Assembly (NCBI GenBank): GCA_964035545.1
Contig: OZ037767.1
Span: 27,358,628-27,422,627 of the forward strand
Direction: 5' to 3'
DNA: 64,000 nt
From: Bugula neritina
Taxonomy: Eukaryota; Animalia; Bryozoa
Numbering within the stretch: position 1 is the first letter of the stretch; every line of letters begins with the position of its first letter. The notes beneath the pieces were generated by a model. The model did no database searches, had not been told where the DNA came from, and worked only from the letters and a program-made list of their open reading frames with translations. The position numbers were made by a program, and so were the translations under genes. Positions 13,540-27,235 of this stretch are shown here, piece after piece.

Positions 13540-16500
13540 ATGGGAGAAATTGTATCAAAATCTTTTCATGACTACCCTAAGGGGTTTGGGCATGACATTA
13601 CTAACGCTCAAAACAAAAACTGGATTACTAAACATGCAGAACTAACGAATCTAACTGTTGTGGAATGTCAACGTCTGTGGACTCGATTCCAGCAGCTAGG
13701 ATGTGATGATGACGGAGTTTTGCACATGAACCATCTTGGAAGTGCAGGGAAATTCAAGGTTGTTACAACTTCAAGTCTATTTGTTTATCAGTTAAGTCAG
13801 TGGCTGAAAATATTTTTGTAAAATATATCTTTGCTCGGAGTTGTTCACTCTACACCCACAACTCCTAATTCTTTTAAGCAACCAATATTTATTATTGTTA
13901 ACATAGTTGGTGAGTGTCTTTCAAGTCATGCATGGCTTCACATACCTGTGAATGTATGCTTTATACTCCTTTGTACTGTGTGAATGTACATTTTATACAG
14001 ATAATATTTATTTAAACTCTCTTTAGTCCTGTATTTGTTTTTTCTACTCATCTTCATTTTGTTTATGTGCTTTTACAGAAGTGTACTTTCTTTCCTCTAA
14101 CTTCGTTTATAAAATCTTGCCTTACATACCGTGATTGTCAATTCAAAGTTGTGTAGCTGTTCTACTTTTGTTTGCTATATTTCTGTATTCACTCATTACT
14201 CAATTTAATTACATTTTTATATATTACTTGAAGTGTATATATTGACGAAATCTCAATGTATCTGTAGGGCTTACCAATATAAATTAAATGCAAGACATTC
14301 AGACAGTGATGAGTTCTATGTTAAAGCTCTGGGCACGGCAAAATACATCAATATTCTGTAGCTACTCTAACACTTAGACAAACTAAATGTTTTCATTTTG
14401 GCAAGCTTTTTTACTAAAATGTAGTTTGTGTGTTTGCTATTTGTAAAATTTGAAAAAACTAAAAATAGTTATGTTCCTTCAAATTTATGGCAATTTTTAG
14501 GAAGATGTTTTGTTTCGTAACTTGCTGATGGTGATGTTTGGAGAGTCACAGCAGCTCCACTTTCACACATTCTTGAATGCTATATCCTGGGTTACTAATG
14601 CTGATATAGATGAGAAGAGCAAGGCTGTGTTCTACTTTTTCACTGCTGGTAAAATGACTCTAATAGTTTGTGAACACAAGTCTGTGAATTTTGTAAATAT
14701 CAACTTTACTTTCCTCTCAATTTTCTAATTCGCTGGTTGGCGATACTTTTTATTTTACAATTATATTCAAACAGCTCTGGCATTTATTTTCCGTGGATCA
14801 AAAGTTTGGGGTCAAAGTTCAAACACTATTTTTAGATAATTACTTGTCAAATCAAATGTTAGTACTTCATCTAATATTCTTGATATATCAAATTACAAAC
14901 TTATAATAATATCAATTTCACTGTGGGTTTGAACGTTCTTAGGTGGGTCATTCGGTAAAGAGTTGTTTGCAAAGATTTTGCGGCGAGTTTACCCGGATAA
15001 GGACCTTGACACTTTAGATCAGTACACTGAGATTGTATATAAATCCGCAAGTTCTGACCCGAGTAAGCAATTTCTCTTTTGAAGTCAACTTGCACCTGTC
15101 ATTGTTTCATAACAAAATTTGTTTGTAAGTTTTGTTGTATGTATACGTATCTAACGTATTGTTCCCTTTAATGAAAGAAACAAAATGTATAAAACTTTAT
15201 ATTTTATACTTTTGCAACTAAAATGGCAATTTTGAACTTTTTTAGTTGACTCATCAAAAGTTTTCAGGTAGATTTCACTTGCTCTCAATTATAGTATCAT
15301 TATAATCTCTAAGTTTGATATGTACTTTTTGAATTATATAACAGTAGATTACATTCTTTGAGACTAATATGTTGATTCCACTCTCCTAGTCTAGTATATT
15401 TTTGCAGGTAGTGGACAGAGTAAACTGACATTTGAAGATTTTATGTCTGTTTGTAACGCATTCACAGGGAACCAGTTGGAGGAGACCCTCTATTTTGATA
15501 TTATACCAGATGAAGCTAATCGGAATTCTCTGCCAAAGGTGACTTCTCTTACTGTAATACATGTGACACTTGTCAACATGTCTTACTGTAATACATGTGA
15601 CACTTGTCAACATGTTTTACTGTAATACATATGACACTTGTCAACAGGTCTTACTGCAATACATGTGATACTTGTCAACAGGTCTTACTGTAATACATGT
15701 GACACTTGTCAACAGGTCTTACTGTAATACATGTGACACTTGTCAGCAGGTCTTACTGTAATACATGTGACACTTGTAAACATGTCTTACTGCAATACAT
15801 GTGACACTTGTCAACAGGTCTTACTGCAATACATGTGACACTTGTCAACAGGTCTCACTGTAATACATGTAATGTGCTGTATTGAGGTGTATGGGTATAA
15901 ATATATGACACTTATCAACAGATCTTACTACTGCAAATATTACACTCAAATTGCTATTAGTTCTCCTGGTTGTCTTTGTTATGCATTTTTGATTCCTTCA
16001 TTTTTGCAGATGTTATATATTTTTATGCAATAATGTCATTCACATCAAATCACATGGGTTATATTATAGGTGAATTTACCTTAATGGATACTGTCGAGCT
16101 GTTTATTAAGATAAAATTATCACTGTCATTATCATCATTATCACAAAGTTATCACTATTGGTTTGGCTATACATCCAGAAGAGCTGGTTTTCTCTCTTAG
16201 GCTTCTTTTTGTCTTAAAAAGCTTCTTGCATTACCAGGATCTGCTTTCATACTTGTTTAGTACATTTCTACTGAATTCCACTGATGTTTATTATATTCAG
16301 TGTTTATGTTTATGATTGATTAATTGCGCTGTATCATTGTTGAACAATTTCCAGGACGACAATTGTGTTTTCGAGAGATAGACATCTGTCAGAATTTCAG
16401 TTCATCATAATATGTGGATGTCAGTCTGCTTCAATCATAAAATAACAGCCAAAAATAATTATAAAGGAAAAATTAAAATAAGATGGTGAAAAGAAATTAT

Positions 16501-19294
16501 TAAGACTTGATAACTTGTAATTGTACTGCGTCTGGAAACCAGAAAATGTTTTTGAAAACTACTGCTAACATTAAACAGACTAGGTGTATGCATGATGCAG
16601 TTAGTTACTCTTGTATTAGTTGTATTATATGCAGTGAGATAGAGCAGGAGAAAAAATAGTATTAGCTTTGTCTTCTGGTATTATTGAAATACCCTAAGGA
16701 CATAATACTGTAAAAAGAAAATAAGGCTGGACAGATAACTCCTGCAACACTAAAAGTAAATGTTTATAAAAACGTTTTTTTAGTTACTGTCTACATTTTA
16801 AATGGTCTATAAAGGTTTATAGTAAACATGGTGAAAGGTCCAGCTTTGTTTACTATAGTGAGCTTGACTGAAAGCCTCAATAAACTAAAATTTGAACTTA
16901 TTTGAGCTATTTGCAGCTCTGTGGTTGAGGTTGTCTTAGTTTAGGGTTACTTCTTTATAATGCACTTCTGTTTACTTCAAGTTATTTCTACAACTTTTGA
17001 CAAATCTGTACAATATCGAACACCATAATATCATAGAGTTATGTTTTAATAGAAAAAAGAGACGGGCACTGATAAAGACCCTAGCCATAGCTCTTTGGTT
17101 TGTGAAGCAAGTATTGCCGAGCTATCTGCTGCTATGAAGTCCACCCGCAACTATCAGCCTATGTTTGAAGCTCTAGGCTTTTCACAAGTGCAGACTCTGA
17201 GGTTTGAGAAGAAATATGCAGACAACGCTATAAGAGTAAGGCGGTAGATTAGTTAAAAGCTGCTGAAATTAAGTGTTGTTTTACATTGTCATTAAACATG
17301 GTGTGGTGATTTGATCACCAAGTTTGCATTATGTTCTGTATTTTAGATAGTCTCGTTGTAGACACACTGTTTTGTTGGATTATAAAAGTATGGTCAATCC
17401 TTTTGATTAAAAGTTTCATAAAAGCGTTTTTCTAAGTAATATACAAGCCTGACAAGAGTATGGCGTAGAAACTTGAAAGGTTGTATTTATTAACTATATT
17501 TGCATGAAATGACTGAAACAACAGAAAAGCGCATATAGATGACACATTTTTTTCTAATATGATTTTCAATTAGATGCATGGCTTACATGGTTTAAAAACG
17601 CAACATTTTAGTTGGAGCTTTTTGTTATAGACAGATTAAAATCCTTCATTCCACGAATACTGCACCTGCTAATTTTCAGCTGGGTCAAGTTATGGCTTCT
17701 TTTTTCATAAAATTAAATATGAATAAGTCTAAATGAGCAAGTTGTGTAGTAACACATTTGCCTATATTATAGATAAAGGAATATAAAACTCTCCTCTCTA
17801 TTTCTCTTCTAAGTTTATAGTCAATAAAAATCCAGCTATATTTACTATTTAAAACTATTCAATACTAAATGTGATGCCAGTAAATTAAAGAGTTGGCACA
17901 TTGACTTTTATAAAAATATGCATTAATTTTTTCAACTCTAAATGTTTTGTTGAAATTATTCAGTGTTAAAATTAGTTTCCATTTTTAACCTATGAGTAGC
18001 AAAGGTCATTGGCCAGCTATCTCTTTGGGCTATGAGAGTACTTTCTTGTTCATGTTGACAAAATTTCTTTCTTTCTTTTAAGATATGATAATGTTTATGG
18101 TTTGGTTAGTCATTGCCTGGTTATTTCAATAAAATGCACTTTATTTGGTGACCAGCAAAAGGATGTAAGTTTTACATGATTTTAAATCTAATTTGAAGAG
18201 ACTTGCACTCTGAAATCTGGTGAATAATTAACTTTTTTTCAAAGATGCAAAGTTGCCATATATAACAAACAAAGATTTGCATAATCTAGCATAATAATTA
18301 TATCAAAACACATTTAAATCTGTCAAAAACAGCATTTTTATGTAAATTGTGTTTGCAATTAATCAGGATTTCACTTCAACTGGATTTAAAACAGACAAAA
18401 AAGTAGCCCTCCCCTCACCTTTTCACTATAGCTCACACTTTGTGGCACGGGCCTCGCCTACTTTCGTCACAAAGCGAGTGCACCGCGTGGCATAGACCTG
18501 TAAATGTAAATTCTATGTTAGAGTGCTCTAGGTTAGATAGAACTGAATGCCAAATATAGGTCTGTTGGGTGCAACCAAATAAAATTATGCCTGTGTTTTT
18601 AGACCTTGCGCTTTATTTGTGGTAAGTTTTTTGATTTGGATGCCCAAAAGTAAACAGAATTTCATATGTTAACATTTTACTTAAAATTCTTAGCTCTTTC
18701 CACTAACTACAATATGTTGAAGTAGTAAATAGTTCGACTTTGGTGCTTTTGATAACATGTATTTACATTTAATCTTTTGGAAATTTGTAGTACCGGCAGA
18801 GGAATTATTATCCCTTGCATAAATAAACTCAACAGTGAAATATTATATATATAAAACTCACGCAAGTTTGTAGCCTATATCCCTGTGAGAACCCCTGATG
18901 GAATAGGTTTTATAATCGGGCTAAAGATTTGTTTTCTTATTGTGGCAAAGGAGCAATTATATGACTAAATGACATTCCTAACGTCACCTTTACTAGGATT
19001 CGAACCACTCATCTTGTGTTTACTAAGTCAGTGTTTTAGCCACTAGACCATGGCTGCTCCCTGTAATGTTAGATATATATTATATATTATTATATTATAT
19101 ATTATATGATATTTAAATCTTGTCAAAACTTTTAAAAGGTTATACATTAAAAGTTTCATTGCATATTTTAGATAAGAGAAATGTTAAAATCCTGGAAACA
19201 ACTTCAAGAAGAGGAGGCAACTTGTAGTGAACTTCGGAATGCTTTAGAGAAAGTCAAACCTGAGCTGGCACATTTAGTTTATGGACTTAAATAA
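13540..19294 (+). CDS. Myristoylation-motif calcineurin-B/CHP-like (degenerate EF-hand) protein with C-terminal Death domain, ~307 aa; exons 13540-13758, 14501-14648, 14943-15062, 15408-15538, 17053-17235, 19172-19294
   Basis: All six exons have GT-AG boundaries with consistent phases (0,1,1,0,0). The N-terminus is MGEIVSK. ELTNLTVVECQRLWTRFQQLGCDDDGVL, LHFHTFLNAI..DEKSKAVFYFF and KLTFEDFMSV resemble CHP/CNB helices. The last two exons IAELSAAMK..YQPMFEALGFSQ..IREMLKSWKQLQEEEATCSELRNALEKV read as a Death domain. Confidence 0.8.
15547..15870. repeat. 34-bp minisatellite (TCTTACTGTAATACATGTGACACTTGTCAACAGG) x ~9.5
   Basis: Tandem copies begin 8 nt after the donor at 15539; a degenerate extra copy lies at ~15900-15935. 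Confidence 0.95.
18842..19061 (-). mobile_element. tRNA-derived SINE, intronic
   Basis: The minus strand has an A-box (TGGTCTAGTGG), a B-box (GGTTCGAATCC), a non-tRNA body and an AT-rich tail. It is colinear with the interrupted copy at 29803-29933 + 36884-36990. Confidence 0.8.
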
Positions 19295-22200
19295 GCAGCT
19301 GCATTCCCAACTCTCGTTCTTTAGAACTATCTAGAACGTATGGTAGAAGAAGTTATACCAGAGTGCTCTACCTATACTTCGTCTATTGAATGAGTTTTAT
19401 TTTATAAATCTCTGTCCTCCATATCTCTAACCAGTTTCACTGTTACACTGTATGAGATGAGATTGTACTATATTGTGACTAATGCTGTGAAATCAGTCGT
19501 GTTAAACTTTTTTTACTAATTTATTTTTGTAGAGTCCTTTTGCTCACTTCCATTTTCGTCCATGCCCTAAAATTGTTTTATATTTTAATATTTTGAATAT
19601 CTGTGATCAAATTTTTTCTGAACTAATCTGTGACACATCATGTAAACTAGAAGCTTCAGATTTTGACTTGAATTGTTTTTTTTCCTCACCTATTCTCACC
19701 TATCCAGCTTTGTCCTATTGGGGTAGCGGTTTGACTTGAATCTTTTTATTCTATAAATATTAATTTAAATTGAAGTATATTATTTTGGAACAATTTTTAT
19801 CTGTTATAACTCCATGCATTAGTTATAGCAATAACTATTTTAAACAAGAGTATGAATCTTCTATTTTATTTGTTTCTCATCAAAATATTGTACATCCAAA
19901 TGGTATTTGCCGGTAAGGAATTTTAACTATGGAACCGTAATAGTTTTCCAATGAAAGTACTAAATTCTGAGGTAAAATAAATTCCATACCTGGCTAAACA
20001 TGTGGTTGTTGTTTTACAACGGTAATTTATGCACCATGCTTGAGAAAAATTGTTAAACTTTGTAAAATCATATCAAAACTTGCGCAATCTTTGGGTGTTA
20101 AATATAGAATAGATTTACATTTGCTAACAAAGCTACATAGCTTTTGGTAAACTGGCTTGATGTGTTAATAGTGACAAAAGTTGGTTCTACCTGACACTCT
20201 CTGGCATTTGTCTATGTGTTATGTAATAGCAATGGCCTATCCATGTATATATTTACATAACAAAATATTTGGCAAGTAGAAGTTTTACCAATATGAAGAT
20301 ATCATATTATGCTGCTATAGCCAAACTATGCACATTTCTAGTAACATCTGGAGCAAGTTTTTCTATTCAATTGTACAATATGTGTCATTTAGTTTTGATA
20401 AATATAGTTCAAAGGAGCACATTTTTGTACATTGTAATGAAAAGCTTTACATAGCCTCATATTCCTTACAGTCTTTGCACTGGTGCGGTGACGGTAAACA
20501 GCGTTGAGGCTAAATTGCTCCTTGTTTGATTCAACAGTCTCCAGTTATAGACTATAGTTATGATAAAGTGCTTATTTAAAACATCATCATCAAAATTTTG
20601 GTGAAACTAAAAACCCTATTTAGAGTTGAATAGCTTTTGTAAAGTAGTGTCAAGATGTGTTAATTTAAATGAAGGAATGAAAATGCTACATTGCATGTAG
20701 TTCAAACGCTAGCCTCAAATGTAACTATTCATTGTGGCGTTCTCTTTAATTAATAATACAACAGTTTCAGTCAGTGTATACTAAACCAAAATATAGCCAT
20801 ATTTTGTATGTTTCAACATTTTCAAAAGAGTAATAAAATGAACTCGTTATAATAACACCCACTTCCACCAGCTTAATAAATTTGGGTTTGAGGCACAGGC
20901 TAATATAGAACACAGTCTTTTTCTCAATTTCTCTGTTTCTCCTTTTTATCATAGGGAGGTTCTCTTTAATCGGCACAACAATTTAATAATGTATCATCGT
21001 ATATAGTTCCAAGATAGGCTCTACCTGTCACACCGGTCACACCAGATTTTAGACAGTATGCATCATTACATGCTTACTGGATCAGCTTTAGAGAGAAATT
21101 ACCACTCGTTATAACTAGCTTTGTGTTATGCCAGTATAATTTTCAGGCACCAGTATAATGTTTTTGTTGGTTGGACATGAAAAAGCATGAGAAGTAGATG
21201 TAAAGGGTACCAGCATAGAAGTGAAGTATCAGCAGTGCATATTATAGGTGTTTCATATAAGCATTCAAATGACGAGTAAAGACACTACAATGATACTATA
21301 GCATTCAATCAGTCACTTGTAAAATTGGTTGCAATTTTATTATTCCATGTAGAGTAACCTCTCAAAACATGTAAAACTGTCATTTATGTTGTGTTATAAT
21401 AACATAATTGTTGCAAGTTGTATTTTTATGTGATGCTACTTCAATAAGACATATTATTATTTTTATAAAAGCGAACCTTTTGCAAATAAAATAATTAAGC
21501 ACAACCAATGTTTAATTTATAAGATGAATAATAACATGAACGCTATAAGATTTAAATATTATCTAAACACTCTAGTGCATAAGCTAGCCATAGTTGGCTG
21601 AATTACTGTTGTTTGTTGTTAGGATTTCTATTGGTTTAGATATACTCAGTCATTAGAATGGCACTTGGCTAGATTGATTGTTGTTTTTGTCTGATAATAG
21701 GCCTATCGCAGCAGGCGAAACTGAATCAATACTCAAATTTAGCAAGCACTCAATACTCATGTAGTAAGAAAATTAGCATAATCACTTCTGTAGGCCACAT
21801 GACCCAAACTAAAACGCATTTCATTAAGTGCCTCTAATTTTATGCTCATACTATTTTAATCACCAGTGATAATCATTATTTAATGAAATTCTAGTAACCT
21901 AGTGAATAGAGATGAAGAAGTTATTCTAAACTTCTTGACTGAAATGAGTTTTCTTATGATTTCCGATCATTAAGCTAATTTATTAGTTGATTAGCTGTCA
22001 TCGCCGAACGCTGTCTCGTCTCTTCCTCTATTAAACTGCAACTCAATCAGAGTCTTCTGCTTTCACTCACTTATCTTTCACTCCCATCTAGTATTGCTCA
22101 CAATACAATAATTATATGTCATTATAATTATCTTTTCATAAAATAATGGTTTATTTTAATTATTCCTGCAAAATCACTAATTTACATCATCATCATTATT

Positions 22201-23763
22201 TTTGCAACCTCAAACATTGCCACCTTTTGTATAGAAAGATCCACTCATCTCCGATCTTGTTTCAAGTGGTTGGATATAAGTTGTCCAAGACTTTTCTAAG
22301 ATTCTATTGGCTGGACGTCTACACAATGCAAAAGTGTGCCGGCCTCGTGGACTACTTGAAGCTACACCATCAAACCGTTTACAGACAAAGCCGAATATCA
22401 TTACATGGTTTAATAAACAGGCATTACAAAGTTTATCTAAAGTAATTTACACTTCACCTTGGTGTTCTCTTCGCACCATCACAGCCTGTCTTGCTTCTTT
22501 TGATCTTTGATTATCAGGCTGTAGTTTTGCATCTTTACTGGTACCCCAAACATCTGGCCTTCAAAACAAAATAAGTAACATGTTTATTATTTCTAACAGC
22601 TTATCAAATTTCAAAAAGTTTAAATTTAATTGTGTCTGCAAATCACAAAAAGTAAGTTATGACTTCTGTATATAGTAACTGCAATGGATAAGTACCCTTT
22701 GAACATTGCAGTAAACAAAATGCTTATAATATAATGGTACAGAGGGTTAAATCTAAGCAAAGTATATGCGTAAGCTAATATTGTATTAGCATGTTATTTT
22801 TATATAATACTATTATTTTATTATTACATAATTAAATATATATCATATTGTCACACTATGCTGTATATCTTATTATACTATTTTAATATTATATAACTAT
22901 ATTATTATACCACTATATTATTATATTATATATCTTTTCACTTTATTAATAGATTATATTGTTATATTGTTATGCTATTATATTATTATGTTGTTATCTT
23001 ATTATACTAGTATACTATTATATTGCTATATATTATATTATTATGTTATTATAACCTATGTTATGTATCTTTTTTTCTGCAAACCTAAGTCAGTATATTT
23101 TCATATACATAGTGATTTAAGTTTAAGGATCTCTTTGTACTATGTAAGACATTTTCATTTCAATTCCTTACATGAAAATCCAATGTTCATACTATGATGC
23201 AATAAAAGCCACCTAATGATATAGAAACTAAATTTGCAATTCATGTCAATTTTTACTATTATGCAAAACAGCATACATGTGCTTACCAACCAAGCCATCT
23301 GGTTTCAGCAGAGCAGCTGGAATCATTTTCAGATTTTTTTGTTTTCCAATTTAAGTCTTTGTTGCATTCGAATTGTCATCAATCTAGATGAACACCTAAT
23401 AAACTGGTTGTTAGACAAAAGCATTCATATACATATTTAGTATGCGTGTCATTGCAAGGAGACAAACATATTTTCAAGTTAAGTTTTTTCTTTTTATAAT
23501 TTATTTCAAATTGACTAATCACTAGCCTTGATCAAGTTCATTCCTGTAGGTCAAATTACAAACAAGTCTATGAATGTTACCTGTAAGAATTTAACATGAT
23601 AAAGTGCTTGTTCAGGTCTCTTTTTACATTCTATACACATGTTGATAGGAGTAAGTAAACATGTCGTCTTGTTTGAAGTTTGATTCTGGAAGGTTGGTTT
23701 AACTGATTACTTACAACCAATCGGTGATCAGTGTAGGCTGCTAGCATTTATTAACAGTATATA

Positions 23764-24325
<562 letters not shown>

Positions 24326-27134
24326 ATCCAGCAATTTTTTGCAATAAATATTTATCAGTTAAGATTCATAGCCCAGCAAGATATTTAGTTTAATAGACCA
24401 CAATAATCATTCGTCTAGTGGAGAGTTGATGAACATTGGGCCTGCAAGAATATTGTTGATATATACAACATTTATGGACAATACTAGCATTGCAAAATAA
24501 AGGCCTTGTACAATTTTGACATTTCTACCAGCACGTGTTTAAAACTGAATTAAATGAAGCCATTGATGATATCCAGAGCTAATGGGTTTCTATTATGAGG
24601 TTTATAATGTACTGATCAGCATATTTTTGGCTAATAAACTCTATACAACACGGAGTGTTGACTCTGTGTTTGTTGTGGTGAAGACTGCACAAGCCTTCTT
24701 GTGATATATAAGTCAACAGCCTTTAATATATATAGTAATTATGCAAGCAATTTCTGATTTCTATGATGATCACCGCCTATAATGCAATGAGGTGGCAAAA
24801 GGTTGCCACATGCTTTTGGCACATGACATTCATCATTAGATGAATCCTTGTCAGTGTACAATGACATTGAGTGTGCATAATATATGTCTATCACTGCTTG
24901 CAAATACCTACATTCTTTCCATTCTTATGTATATTTACTAGGTACGTTATCTAGGTGAAGATAGACTTTATGAAAATTATTTGAATGTAAATAATTGCAA
25001 TTTGTAAAAAATATTTTCCTACCTGATTATGCATAGAAATAACGTATTACAACATATTACTCGTGAAACATGACAAAAAGAGTTGTTTTTTAACCAAATT
25101 TTTGGTGTTTGTCGCTCCAAAATGTTGTCAATACAAAGATATTTATATCCTTTCACATGACAAAATTTATGTAAAATTTAAAAAACACTTGCTAGAGCAG
25201 GTGGAAATTATGTTAACAATGAACAGTATGATTAATGTTGCACTGTTTTAGACCAGCATGTGCTAAATACAAAACAAAGTGTGTTTTAATGTAATTATTA
25301 TAAATTCTGTTATTTTCCATGTCTGAAAAGTTTATTTTTGGTGCATATTTTGCAGGATGATACTTTATTGGTAAGAAATTGCTGCTGGGTATAATGTAGT
25401 AGTAAATTCTGTTACACATAAGGCATTACATTTCGCATGATGTCTGCAAATTCAGGATGTCTTTGATATTTTCTGTGTGTTTGATTTGATCAAAAAGAGA
25501 AATATAAAGAATAGGAAATTATAGGCTACTAACCATTAGATAAAGCCCTTTACTATACTTATAGATGGCGAGAACTGCTCCAATATATTCAGTAGAAGTT
25601 GCTTTAAAGCCACACTAAAATTGTCACACTGATATTGAAAACATTCAAGCTTAAAATCAAATTTATAGTTACTGGAATCTTAACTTTATAACATGCAAAG
25701 TGTAAACCTTAGGTTTACATACTTAGAGTTTTACCTGCTTTGAAAAATGTCTTTTGTAATCATGCACACAATTCTCATCATTGTTTCAATCTAGCATAGA
25801 TTTTAGTGCAGTAGTAGCAGTTGATGAACACTTAACCCAGTGCAAGGAATTTAATGTAGTGTTTTAGCCAACTAGAGTAGTTATTTTTGTTATGTTAGCT
25901 AAGAGTTTTCTCCTCTCGCATTGATTCATGGATGTCCAATGCGTCTGTATAGTGTATATATTATAAGATTATTATGGAGCAGCATATGTACTATTGTGTT
26001 TGATATGTTGCTTATGTAAGTGAAAGCAAGTTTTCTGTGAATTATATAGAGTTAGCTAATCCTGTAATCCAATACTCTTTCTATGGTAATATATGAGCAA
26101 GTATTATTTCATCCAACATGTAAACTATTATATTGTATACTAAATTATATTATAATATTTCATACATATACTTCTAGGTATATTATTTTACTTGTGAAAA
26201 TATGCATAGTAACAAAGAGATGTAAACAGTGGGCATAGAAAGTTTCATTGTACTAGCATTACAGTATTCTGCTTTTAATGTAAAATACAAATAAATGTAC
26301 ATTAGAAAGTAAAGTGGAAAATTGTGTAAAAATCATTGAGAAAGGCACAGAGTATAATTGAAACAACCAGGAATTTTTATAGCTATTTGCATAAAATGGG
26401 TTGCATGCTAAATTCTTGCAAAATTTCTGCAGTAACAACTTTAATAGTTAACATAAGCACTATTTTGGAGATGTTGTTAAATTATGTAATTCAAATAGCT
26501 ATTTTCTGTTGTAAATTCAAAGTGTAAATTATTAGGAAGTTTACAAAAGTAGCTTCTAAATTGACAAAAGAGATCTATATCAATTCTGCTCAAATTTGCA
26601 ACTTGTAAATTCTTTATTTAAGAACATTTGTGGTTTTCAATCCCTTCTTACGGGCCTTTTTATACGTACAGTAACCTAGAGAGTAGAGGGAGCTGGGAGA
26701 TATATATAAGTATAAGGGTACGTATATAATATATTGTCCCATATACAGAACTCAGTTTTCGGCAACGCACTATTACTATATGTAAAGCACCCTTAGAATT
26801 GCATTTAATACATAATATATTAATGTTGCATCAACACTATCTGGCAAATAAATGGTGGTACAGGCATCTGAATGTCTAACTGTGAGTGAGAAAAGATTCT
26901 CCTATCAAAGGTCACATTATTTCACCTGAAACACTCTGAGATCTCAACAAGCAGTAATTAAGGAGCAGTCTTAGAAGCACACGCTGGTATCAAACCAGTA
27001 TAACCACATAATTATGCATGACTACTGTTTAGAGGTTATTTGTTCAAAACATTAATAATTAATTACAGATGTAGAATTACAAATACAATAATGTAGACAA
27101 TTTCTAGATGGGCAGGCTCTTGAAACTTTGCTGG

Positions 27135-27143
27135 TATATAAAG
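27135..27143 (+). promoter_or_regulatory. Candidate TATA box of the bHLH gene
   Basis: TATATAAAG ~100 nt upstream of the ATG at 27236. Confidence 0.5.
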
Positions 27144-27235
27144 AGAAGAAATGCTGGACTGTTGACAATTTTATCTGAGCATTAGAGCCACACTAACTTA
27201 ATCGGAAATCATATTCATATAGCACTCTTGTGATC

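Noticed and set aside
18428-18495. GC-rich intronic hairpin (CTTTGTGGC/GTCACAAAG)
   Set aside because: Short imperfect stem, no snoRNA boxes or Helitron CTRR end recognised, single copy in the window.
18990-19061. tRNA gene candidates (also 29803-29875)
   Set aside because: A/B boxes are present but the cloverleaf is poor, and both continue into a shared body and AT tail, so they are SINE heads.
21644-21727. Hammerhead-ribozyme-like motif (TCAGTC..CTGATAATAG-GCCT/AGGC-GAAACTGA)
   Set aside because: The core reads CUGAUAA rather than CUGANGA (essential G8 missing, extra bases) and stem I barely pairs; chance or a dead relic. An Infernal search with hammerhead models would settle it.
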